DNA from: Alphaproteobacteria bacterium
GTDB taxonomy: Bacteria; Pseudomonadota; Alphaproteobacteria; Rickettsiales; JABCZZ01
Length of the DNA stretch: 59,430 nucleotides
Assembly: GCA_013286285.1 (NCBI GenBank)
Contig: JABDGA010000004.1
Span: 1-59,430 of the forward strand
Direction: 5' to 3'
Shown here piece after piece: positions 8,828 through 17,496 of this stretch. The notes under the pieces are model-generated. The model was not told where the DNA came from. It saw only the letters and a list, made by a program, of their open reading frames with translations, and did not search any database. The first letter of the stretch is position 1. Each line of letters begins with the position of its first letter. Position numbers and translations under genes: made by a program.

Positions 8828-10637
8828 AATATTTTCCGGCAACCGATGTTTCTTTTCTTTGCAGGGGAATCCGGCTGGTTTTTATCGCCTGCACCAGATC
8901 CAACCAGGCTTTTGCATTCAAATGCCCTTTTGGCACAATCACGGCAGCATTGGCGTTTAACGTTTCACGTTCCGCCTGGGTCAGCAATTTAGACGTGTGA
9001 ATCACGACCGGGATGTGCCGGGTGCTTTTGTCACGACTCAGTGCCTTAAGCACTTCAAACCCAGTCATATCCGCCATCACCAGATCCAGGAATATAATTT
9101 CCGGCGCAAGGCTGCGCGCGTACTGAATACCCTGCGCGCCTCCGGCGGCCTCCTGTATGGCGGTGCCGCATTTGTCCAGCAAACGCCGCAATATATAGCG
9201 ATCGCTCTCCTGATCGTCGATAATCAGGAAACAGTTATTTTGCTCCGTTGGTTCTTTTTCTAACACTATCTTGTGCGTTTCGGGAAACATGACATCGTCA
9301 GCGCAGTTATAGTCAAAAGGAATCGTGACGGAAAAAATCGATCCGCTTTCCGGCTGGGATACAACGGAGATATATCCACCCAACAGTTCCGCCAATTTTT
9401 TGGATAAAGGCAGTCCCAGCCCTGTGCCTTTTTTCTTCTGGTGCCTGCCTTCCACTTGCAAAAATTCTTCAAAAATACGTTCCTTATCATCGGCGAGAAT
9501 ACCTATCCCGGTATCGGCGACAGAGAACGTAACATACGTATCGCCTTCCCGTCGCACGCTGACCCGCACTTCGCCTTTCTCAGTAAATTTGAGGCCATTG
9601 GAAATAAAATTACGCAATATCTGGGAGAGCTTTCCCTTGTCCGTATTGAGGACAGGAATATTTTCCGACCGCTCGAATATCAGGGATACCGCCGCATTAT
9701 TTTCAAGCAAGGGCTTCAGCATCCCCCGCAGCGTGCCAAATATATCCTGCACTTCGAACGTATCGCGGCGCACGCTCACTTTGCCCGCTTCCACCTTCGC
9801 CAGATCCAGAAGGTCGTTGACCAGCACGGAAAGATCTTGTGCCGCTGTGCGGATAAAACCTATCTGCTTTTCCTGTTCCGCCGTCAGCTCGCCGTCCATG
9901 CGATCGGTTAGTATCTGGGAGATGCTGATGATGGAATTCAGCGGCGTACGGAATTCATGCGTCATGTTGGAAAGGAACTGCGTTTTCAGATCGGACACGC
10001 GCCGCAGTTCTTCCGCACGCTCATCCAGCTCCCCGTAAAGCGCGACGACGCCGCGGTTGGTTTCTTCCAGCTCCTTATTCAACTGCGCGAGTTCCATCTG
10101 GTGCTTTTGCACGTCCGCCAGTGCCGCGAGCAATTCCTGGTTCTGCTGCTGTATTTCCTCAAACGGATCGCCCGATAAGAGAGTGGAAAGATGACCGGAC
10201 ATATCCGCCAGTATTTTCTGGGTAATTTTTTTGGCCTGCCTCGGGAGAAATTTAAGGCATATTACGTTTGTCCCCTGTTCCGAAGATTCAATGTCACATA
10301 CGTCCATCAGCCTTTTGACGCCGCTAATGCCGAGCCCCATGCCGGTGGACGACACATACGTGCCATTCAGTACGGATTTTAAATCCTGGATTCCCTGCCC
10401 CTGATCCCGAACCCGGATATGGAACGCCTGCACATCGCCGTCTGCAATGCCGTATTCGATAGTACCGCCGCCTGCATAACGAAACGCATTGCGTGCCAAT
10501 TCCGAAACGGCGGTGGCGATGCGCACCTGCTCTTGGGAATCAAACCCGATAAGCTGGGCAATCTGCCGCGCCCGCTGGCGCGCCAGTACCACATCATGCT
10601 CGTATTTCAACTCTACCTTCATTATCGCCCACGTCAT
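8820..10637 (-). CDS. Hybrid histidine kinase with N-terminal RsbT-like ATPase domain
   Basis: ATAVSELARNA..DQGQGI..GMGLGI; ELEETNRGVVALY coiled coil; HEFRTPL; C-terminal REC. Confidence 0.92.
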   Translation of the reverse strand: MTWAIMKVELKYEHDVVLARQRARQIAQLIGFDSQEQVRIATAVSELARNAFRYAGGGTIEYGIADGDVQAFHIRVRDQGQGIQDLKSVLNGTYVSSTGMGLGISGVKRLMDVCDIESSEQGTNVICLKFLPRQAKKITQKILADMSGHLSTLLSGDPFEEIQQQNQELLAALADVQKHQMELAQLNKELEETNRGVVALYGELDERAEELRRVSDLKTQFLSNMTHEFRTPLNSIISISQILTDRMDGELTAEQEKQIGFIRTAAQDLSVLVNDLLDLAKVEAGKVSVRRDTFEVQDIFGTLRGMLKPLLENNAAVSLIFERSENIPVLNTDKGKLSQILRNFISNGLKFTEKGEVRVSVRREGDTYVTFSVADTGIGILADDKERIFEEFLQVEGRHQKKKGTGLGLPLSKKLAELLGGYISVVSQPESGSIFSVTIPFDYNCADDVMFPETHKIVLEKEPTEQNNCFLIIDDQESDRYILRRLLDKCGTAIQEAAGGAQGIQYARSLAPEIIFLDLVMADMTGFEVLKALSRDKSTRHIPVVIHTSKLLTQAERETLNANAAVIVPKGHLNAKAWLDLVQAIKTSRIPLQRKETSVAGKYYV

Positions 10638-10662
10638 GGCCCACCTCATGGAAATTTCGCCT

Positions 10663-11691
10663 TCACTGATGCCTTACCACTAATACGGTTACATCATCCC
10701 TACCTCTCTGGTAATCCCGGTACAATATCGCAGCTATGAGGGAACAGTGGCGCTGGCGGAGCCCTGGATAATCCTCCAGCTTCCAGCGATTGCTCAGGCC
10801 GTCCGAATGCATGACCAGCACGGCATCCTCAGGCCACGGATACTGTATCTCCTGTATCTTATGCACCTGATGGCCGACAATGCCATTATAGGACGCCAGC
10901 CCCCTGGGTTTGGTGCCATCCAATATCGTCCCGGCAATGTTGCCTACCCCGGCAAATGTCAGCATGGCCTCTTCCGGCTTGATGGCTACGGCAGCCAAGG
11001 CAGTCCCGCGCGTGCTCCGTAATGCCTGATGAACGGAATGCATCATCTCACGGGGAGTCCGTTCCGGCGTTTCGTTAAAATGCGCAATGGCTGCGATGGT
11101 AGCCTGCGCCGCTATTATGCCATGTCCCAGGCCGTCACTGACCAGGAGATGCAGCCCTTCCGAGCCATGATGCAGGGCCCAGCCATCTCCGCAGGCCTTT
11201 TCTCCATGCATCGGCAGACATATCGCGCCTATCTGCACATGGCTCATCTCAGTGGCAGGCAGTTTCTTTGCCCATGACTGGGAGACAATGACAGTTCCTT
11301 TGTTTTCCTGCGAATAAATATCAAAAACATCGGAGAGGCGTACGGTCGCCCCAAGGCCGGTTCCCGGGCTTCCCGCGGTGGAATAGCCGTCTTCCATACA
11401 CTTGCCAATATCGGCTATTCCCGGCCCTTTATCCACGCTCAGTATCTCCATCCCGTTAACGCCACGATGCCGGATATGCCGGATGATAAGCTCGCCTGAA
11501 GTGGCATGTTTCGCCAGATTACTGGCCAGTTCCGTCACTATGATCCCTATCCTGCCGCTCTGGGTTTCATCAAAATGGATGTCCTTGGCCATAGCGACTG
11601 CTCCGCGGCGTATTTCCCCGACCCCCCCTGTATCACCAATGGGGAACATGAGTGACATGCCGGTGGATAACGCCTGCTCATTCATTTCCAT
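10663..11691 (-). CDS. rsbX: RsbX-like PP2C/SpoIIE phosphatase with N-terminal HATPase
   Basis: TELASNL, DKGPG; CGDGW, SDGLGHG, HSDGL, DDVTV. Confidence 0.85.
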   Translation of the reverse strand: MEMNEQALSTGMSLMFPIGDTGGVGEIRRGAVAMAKDIHFDETQSGRIGIIVTELASNLAKHATSGELIIRHIRHRGVNGMEILSVDKGPGIADIGKCMEDGYSTAGSPGTGLGATVRLSDVFDIYSQENKGTVIVSQSWAKKLPATEMSHVQIGAICLPMHGEKACGDGWALHHGSEGLHLLVSDGLGHGIIAAQATIAAIAHFNETPERTPREMMHSVHQALRSTRGTALAAVAIKPEEAMLTFAGVGNIAGTILDGTKPRGLASYNGIVGHQVHKIQEIQYPWPEDAVLVMHSDGLSNRWKLEDYPGLRQRHCSLIAAILYRDYQRGRDDVTVLVVRHQ

Positions 11692-12158
11692 CTCGCAATC
11701 ATAACACGAGTTCCTTCCCCCACTTTGGAGACAATATCGAACTCATTGCACAGGCGCTTGGCGCCACTCAATCCAAGCCCCATCCCTGAACCACTAGTAT
11801 AACCGTCCGTGAGCGCCTGCTTAATATCCGCAATGCCGGGGCCTTTATCCTCAAACGTCAGGCGCACACCGCGCCTTACGCCTTCATGGAGCATCTGCAA
11901 ACGCATGATCCCACCCTTGCCATAGATAATCGTATTACGCGCAAGCTCACTGGCGGCGGTGACAAATTTCGTCTGATCCACCAGCCCCAGCCCTGCTTCA
12001 ATCGCCCATTTGCGTACCAGCTGCCGCGCCTGCACAATATCCGCTTCGGATTGCAGCGGGATAGTTTCCTCTCTGACAGCCCTGCCTGCCGGCTGCCGCA
12101 CCTGAAGGAGATCCGGTTCAGTCCACATCGCAACAGGCTCAACCTTCGCAAGCGGCAT
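11682..12158 (-). CDS. rsbT: Stressosome switch kinase RsbT
   Basis: DQTKFVTAASELARNT, FEDKGPGI, GMGLGLSG; GAGGAG RBS before ATG 12158. Confidence 0.9.
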   Translation of the reverse strand: MPLAKVEPVAMWTEPDLLQVRQPAGRAVREETIPLQSEADIVQARQLVRKWAIEAGLGLVDQTKFVTAASELARNTIIYGKGGIMRLQMLHEGVRRGVRLTFEDKGPGIADIKQALTDGYTSGSGMGLGLSGAKRLCNEFDIVSKVGEGTRVMIARWK

Positions 12159-12534
12159 ATTGAGCCTCCTCTTCGTGAGCGCCCAACGCTCCCCGAAGCA
12201 GCTGCATTCCCTTTTCCACATCCAGCGCAGTACGCACGCCCGGCAAAGACAGGCCAAGCTCGACCAGCGTAATGGCCACCGCAGGCTGCATACCAACCAC
12301 GACGGTTTCCGCATCCAGCACTTTGGACATCGCGGAGATATTGGCGACCATACGGCCAATAAAAGAGTCCACGATTTCAAGGGAGGAGATGTCAATCAGC
12401 ACGCCACTGGCGCCGGTCTGCTGAATTTTATTGGTCAAATCGTCCTGCAGCGTCATGGCCAGGCGGTCATGCATATCGACCTGGATGGTCACCAGCAGGA
12501 ACTCTCCCATACGTAAGATAGGAATCCTCTCCAT
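12139..12534 (-). CDS. rsbS: Stressosome STAS protein RsbS
   Basis: RIPIL, IVDSF phospho-site motif, GMQPAVAITLVELG. Confidence 0.92.
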   Translation of the reverse strand: MERIPILRMGEFLLVTIQVDMHDRLAMTLQDDLTNKIQQTGASGVLIDISSLEIVDSFIGRMVANISAMSKVLDAETVVVGMQPAVAITLVELGLSLPGVRTALDVEKGMQLLRGALGAHEEEAQYAACEG

Positions 12535-12537
12535 AGA

Positions 12538-13416
12538 TTATGCTACCTCAATATTTTTATGCTTCACAGGGGAAGCAGTACGCATAATAGCCAAGTTATT
12601 GCGTTCAAGCGCAAGCTTAAAGGCCGATGCCAGCGTCGCCTTGGTAATCACATTCCCGAGATCCACCCCAAGATGCACGATGGTCTGCGCAATCTGCGGG
12701 CGAATGCCGCTGATGATGCAATCCGCCCCCATCAGGCGCGCCGCAGTCACGGTTTTGAGTAAATGCTGCGCCACCAGCGTATCCACGGTGGGAACGCCGG
12801 TAATATCGATGATGGCCACCGTGGAACCTGACTCCACAATCTTTTGCAGTAATGACTCCATCACCACCTGGGTACGGCTACTGTCCAAGGTTCCGATAAG
12901 CGGCAGCGCCAGGATATTGTCCGCAAGGTTTACCACTGGCGTGGACAACTCCAGCATATCCTGCTGCTGGCGGGCGATCACTTCTTCACGCGTTTTCTGA
13001 TGCACTTCCGTAGTGTAAAGGCCAAGCCCATCCAGCAAGAGCGTTGCATTCCACGTCTCGTCCGCAAGCAAGACGGCGTCCTTGCCGAATTCCTTGCGCA
13101 ATAACGTAAAAAGCGGACGTTTCAATGAAAAAACGAATGTCGCCGTTTCCGACGGCGAAAAGCCCGCCTCGCCGCGCCGGCGTGAAATTTCGGCCAGAAA
13201 TTTGCGAACGCCATCCCATTCCGACCGTTTTATGTCCAAACCGGTTTCATACGCCACATTAAGCAGTTGAAGAAACTCCGCACACTGCTCCCTCAACACC
13301 ACTTCCTTGATGTTGTGGCGAACCTTGCTATCCTGCTCCTGCAGCCAATCGGCAAGCAGGCCTTCTTCATTTCTTTTTATTACATCGGAAATACGGCTTT
13401 TTTCTTTCGTGGACAT
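12538..13416 (-). CDS. rsbR: Stressosome sensor RsbR (N-terminal globin-like domain + STAS)
   Basis: ELSTPV, LIGTLDSSR, DITGVPTVDT, SGIRPQIAQT. Confidence 0.92.
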   Translation of the reverse strand: MSTKEKSRISDVIKRNEEGLLADWLQEQDSKVRHNIKEVVLREQCAEFLQLLNVAYETGLDIKRSEWDGVRKFLAEISRRRGEAGFSPSETATFVFSLKRPLFTLLRKEFGKDAVLLADETWNATLLLDGLGLYTTEVHQKTREEVIARQQQDMLELSTPVVNLADNILALPLIGTLDSSRTQVVMESLLQKIVESGSTVAIIDITGVPTVDTLVAQHLLKTVTAARLMGADCIISGIRPQIAQTIVHLGVDLGNVITKATLASAFKLALERNNLAIMRTASPVKHKNIEVA

Positions 13417-13694
13417 GGCAAACTCCCTTAAATTATCTTTATATTAAATCTAAGTCAGACTATGGCGTTTTTACAATTTGTCCAGCTTATTAGTACGCAT
13501 ACAAATTATCGGAGCATAGATTATCCGAGAGTATTTACGGATTCTTTATGCGCTTGCCATATGTTTATAATCTGAAAATAATTTGTACGGGAAAGTTAAA
13601 GTTCCCTTATGCATTCATAATGCTTTTTTGAATTTTTGTTGTGTATATGGAGCTGGCAGTTAAACTGTCTTAGTTTCGGAAATAAAGGATAACC

Positions 13695-16600
13695 ATGCGT
13701 TTTTACGCCGACCTGCATGTACACTCTAAATATGCGCGCGCCTGCAGCTCGCATGCGGATCTGGAGCATATGGCGCTTTGGGGAGCACTTAAAGGCATTG
13801 ACGTTATCGCTACCGGCGACTTCACCCATCCTGCATGGCTGAAGGAACTGAAGGAGAAACTTGTGCCGGCGGAGTCGGGGCTGTTCCGATTACGCGAGGA
13901 TATTGAGCGCAAGGTGATAGAAGGCCTGCCTACTGCCTGCCGTAAATCCGTGCGCTTCATTCTTTCGGTGGAAATTTCCACCATCTATAAGAAAGGCGAT
14001 CGCACGCGTAAGGTGCATCACCTGATCTATATGCCGGATTTCGCCGCCGCCGATCGCCTCATTGCGAAACTCTCTCGCATAGGCAACCTACATTCGGATG
14101 GCCGCCCGATTCTCGGCCTGGATTCGCGCCACCTGCTGGAGATTGTACTGGAATCCAGCCGCGATGGCTTTCTGATCCCGGCGCATATATGGACGCCATG
14201 GTTTTCCGTGCTCGGTTCGCGCTCCGGCTTTGACAGCGTGGACGAATGCTACGGCGACCTCGCTCCTCATGTATTTGCGGTGGAAACCGGCCTTTCTTCC
14301 GATCCGGAGATGAACTGGCGTGTTTCCTCGCTTGATCGCTTCCGCATGACCTCCAGTTCCGATGCCCATTCCCCACAGAAGCTCGGACGCGAAGCCACGT
14401 TGTTTGACACCTCCATGGATTATTACTCCCTCCGCGCTGCGTTGGAACATGGCGAAGGTTATATCGGCACAGTGGAATTTTTTCCTGAAGAGGGGAAATA
14501 CCATATGGATGGCCACCGCAAGTGCAATGTCCGCCTCACGCCGGAAGAAACGATAGCACATGGTGGGCGCTGCCCGGTCTGCGGAGACCCGGTGACGGTC
14601 GGCGTCATGCACCGTGTGGAAGCACTGGCCGACAGGCAGATAGGATGCTGCGACCGGCCACACACCGCAGGCGAGCAGTGCAGCTTTGTACCGCTGCCTG
14701 AGATTCTCGGCGAGCTGCACGGTACAGGTTCGTCAAGCAAGCAGGTCGAACGCACTTACGGGCAGCTTACCGGCAAGCTCGGCACGGAACTCTCCATTCT
14801 CGGCGAAGTGCCGATTGAGGATATTACCAAGGCCTCGTCCTCGCTGCTGGGCGAAGCCATTGCGCGGCTCAGGCGGGGTGATGTCGTGCGCGATGCCGGA
14901 TATGACGGCGAATATGGCGTCATACGCATGTTTGCAGCAGACGAACTGAAGAAGCTCCAGCGCGGCGGCCTGCTATTTGAAATGCCGGAATCCCTCCGTC
15001 CGAAACGGCAGGTGAAGCAGCCTGCCCGTTCTGAAGCAGAGGAGTTGCAGGAGAATGATTTCATCTCCCCTTCAAATGGAGACGGCATCCTGGACGGGTT
15101 GGATACGGATCAACGCGCGGCTGCCGAAATCATTGCTGGCCCCCTTCTGGTCACTGCTGGGCCGGGCTCCGGAAAAACACGGATGTTGACACACCGCATA
15201 GCGCATCTCATCCAGGGGTATGGCGTGAGTCCTTCCGCATGCCTTGCCATTACCTTTACCCGCCGCGCTGCCGCAGAAATGCGGGAGCGGCTCAAGGCGC
15301 TATTGCCGGACGTGGCAGATACCATTCCTGTGCATAGCTTTCATTCGCTGGGGCTGGAAATTCTGCGCGAACACCATACGCATGCCGGACTGGATCGCGG
15401 TTTTTCCATCATGAACCGTACTGAATGCAGGCGCATCCTGGCCGAAACCCTGCACATCTCTTTAAAGAACGCGGGCAAGGCTCTCAATGGTATCTCCCTT
15501 GCCAAGCGCACTGGAGATATCACAGAGGAATTAGCGCCGCTACTCGCCGCTTATACAGAAATGCTGGCACTGCACGGAAAAATAGATTTTGACGACCTGA
15601 TTCTGCGGCCTGTAAGAATGCTTACGGAAGTATCAGGCATTGCGCAATTATACCGGGAACGCTTCCGTTTCATCTCGGTGGATGAATATCAGGATCTGGA
15701 TGCGCTGCAATACCGATTCTTACGCTTGCTCGTATCTCCTGCGGCTAATCTCTGCGCCATCGGCGATCCCCATCAGGCGATATATGGTTTCCGGGGTGCA
15801 GACAGCACACATTTCCAGAGTTTCTGCGAAGACTTCCCTGCGGCAAGCACCGTCCGCCTGACCCGTAATTACCGTTCGCGTCCGGTGATTGTCGCGGCGG
15901 CTTCTCAGCTCATTGGCGATAATTCAGCCATTGCCATGCGCAAGGACAGTAAAGAACGGATATTCCTGCATACCGCCAATACAGAATATGAGGAAGCAAC
16001 ATTTGTAACCTCCCAGATAGAAGCCTATATGGGAGGGCACGACTCGCAGGCCATCCACAGCGGACGCACGCGCGGACAGCAATCCACACTTTCCTTCTCC
16101 GATTTTGCCGTGCTGTACCGCACCGATGGACAGGCAGAGGTAATAGAAGAGACGCTTCACCGCAGCGGGGTCCCGTTCCGCCGTTATAATGACCGGCTGC
16201 TCGCCGGGGATGAAACCGTGCAGGCCATGCTTAGCCATTTCGAGATATCCGACACAGCGCTTCCGGTAACGGAGCGCCTTGAACAATCGTATATGCAGCT
16301 GCCGCCTGAAACCAGGGATAGTGAAGCGGGCCATAGGGCGCGCATAAAGCTGATGGCGCTGGCGGATAAATGCAGGCATGATCCGGAACGGTTTCGTGAA
16401 GAAGCCGGGATGGTGCTGGAAATCGACTTATGGGATAAACGGGGCGATAGCGTCATCCTGCTTACCATGCATGCGGCGAAAGGATTGGAATTCCCGGTCG
16501 TGTTTATTACCGGTGTAGAAGATGGGATTATACCGCTTGCCTTCGGCGATTATAGCCAGACTCATATGCAGGAAGAACGGCGACTGTTTTACGTAGCGAT

Positions 16601-16772
16601 GACACGCGCAAAAGATCATCTCTATCTTATTCGTTCTCTTACACGCTCCTGGCGGGGCTCACGGCAGAACTTCGCCCCCTCTCTTTACCTTGAGCATATG
16701 GATAAAAGCCTGTTTGCCGCCAGCGCAGAAGCACCTGCCGCTAAACGGCAGAAGCAACTGGCGCTCTTCTGA
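13695..16772 (+). CDS. Endonuclease Q-like PHP domain fused to a UvrD/PcrA helicase
   Basis: DLHVHS, HIWTP, SDAHS, HRKC..CPVC; AGPGSGKT, DEYQD, QAIYGFRGA, NYRS, HAAKGLEF, EERRLFYVAMTRA. Confidence 0.9.
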   Translation: MRFYADLHVHSKYARACSSHADLEHMALWGALKGIDVIATGDFTHPAWLKELKEKLVPAESGLFRLREDIERKVIEGLPTACRKSVRFILSVEISTIYKKGDRTRKVHHLIYMPDFAAADRLIAKLSRIGNLHSDGRPILGLDSRHLLEIVLESSRDGFLIPAHIWTPWFSVLGSRSGFDSVDECYGDLAPHVFAVETGLSSDPEMNWRVSSLDRFRMTSSSDAHSPQKLGREATLFDTSMDYYSLRAALEHGEGYIGTVEFFPEEGKYHMDGHRKCNVRLTPEETIAHGGRCPVCGDPVTVGVMHRVEALADRQIGCCDRPHTAGEQCSFVPLPEILGELHGTGSSSKQVERTYGQLTGKLGTELSILGEVPIEDITKASSSLLGEAIARLRRGDVVRDAGYDGEYGVIRMFAADELKKLQRGGLLFEMPESLRPKRQVKQPARSEAEELQENDFISPSNGDGILDGLDTDQRAAAEIIAGPLLVTAGPGSGKTRMLTHRIAHLIQGYGVSPSACLAITFTRRAAAEMRERLKALLPDVADTIPVHSFHSLGLEILREHHTHAGLDRGFSIMNRTECRRILAETLHISLKNAGKALNGISLAKRTGDITEELAPLLAAYTEMLALHGKIDFDDLILRPVRMLTEVSGIAQLYRERFRFISVDEYQDLDALQYRFLRLLVSPAANLCAIGDPHQAIYGFRGADSTHFQSFCEDFPAASTVRLTRNYRSRPVIVAAASQLIGDNSAIAMRKDSKERIFLHTANTEYEEATFVTSQIEAYMGGHDSQAIHSGRTRGQQSTLSFSDFAVLYRTDGQAEVIEETLHRSGVPFRRYNDRLLAGDETVQAMLSHFEISDTALPVTERLEQSYMQLPPETRDSEAGHRARIKLMALADKCRHDPERFREEAGMVLEIDLWDKRGDSVILLTMHAAKGLEFPVVFITGVEDGIIPLAFGDYSQTHMQEERRLFYVAMTRAKDHLYLIRSLTRSWRGSRQNFAPSLYLEHMDKSLFAASAEAPAAKRQKQLALF

Positions 16773-16799
16773 CTTATAATCCTTCCGCTATTTTTTTAC

Positions 16800-16862
16800 G
16801 TCATGCCGTGGCTTGACCACGGCATCTCAGCAAGAGATACCGCGATCAAGTCGCGGTATGAC
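16800..16862. repeat. Palindromic repeat family C
   Basis: GTCATGCCGTGGCTTGACCACGGCATC...GATACCGCGATCAAGTCGCGGTATGAC. Confidence 0.85.
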
Positions 16863-16898
16863 AATTCAAATGACTATAAACAGCCCTATACTTATTCG

Positions 16899-16994
16899 CC
16901 TAAATAAAAATACATCGTCATACGGCTGCTTGACAGCGGTATCTCATGGAAGAAGCCTGAGATTCCGGCTTTCGCCGGAATGACGGATATGTAT
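16899..16994. repeat. Palindromic repeat (family C variant) with conserved flanks
   Basis: Close copy, including flanks CCTAAATAAAAATACATC and GATATGTAT, at 43420-43515. Confidence 0.85.
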
Positions 16995-17068
16995 TGGAAT
17001 TTAGGCAAGTGAGTATAATTCCGCTTCAGCAAAGCGTGGACTTTCTCTTGATTTATACCAAAAGCGGT

Positions 17069-17091
17069 ATATTGATATAATATAACATTAT
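17069..17091. promoter_or_regulatory. Zur-like operator
   Basis: ATATTGATATAATATAACATTAT versus Zur consensus GAAATGTTATAnTATAACATTTC. Confidence 0.6.
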
Positions 17092-17106
17092 TACTTCCCA
17101 CCGAAG

Positions 17107-17409
17107 ATGACGGCGATTACCCCCACAGGCCCTATACGATATTCCAGCATAAAAATACTGCTGGTGTTGTTATTCCTTACTGGACAGATTCTGGGAATTT
17201 TTCATCTCATTGAACATACGGCAGAGGGTGACAACGACCATTGTGACATATGCGCCATGGCGGCGCATATGGGAGACACGGTTTTACCCACACCGGCAAT
17301 CCTCATTCTACCGCAGCCGCAGGTGGACAGCTCTCTGCAGGTGATAGCCTGCGCGTTCACTGCCTTGATATGTGCCGCCTATACCTCCCGCGCCCCTCCT
17401 CTGGTTTGA
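17107..17409 (+). CDS. DUF2946/CruR-like leader peptide (TM, HCxxC, C-terminal RAPP)
   Basis: Hydrophobic N-region, HLIEH..HCDIC..H, Pro-rich linker, SRAPPLV-stop; directly upstream of a TonB-dependent receptor. Confidence 0.8.
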   Translation: MTAITPTGPIRYSSIKILLVLLFLTGQILGIFHLIEHTAEGDNDHCDICAMAAHMGDTVLPTPAILILPQPQVDSSLQVIACAFTALICAAYTSRAPPLV

Positions 17410-17496
17410 GATTTATATAACTCTTAGCATACCCCTGACCCGGACAATCGTTTGGGCCAGCGATATGCGCGTATTACTTATATTCATGGAGAACTT

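Noticed and set aside
12159-12395. N-terminal extension of RsbT in the ORF track
   Set aside because: Overlaps rsbS; a strong RBS supports ATG 12158
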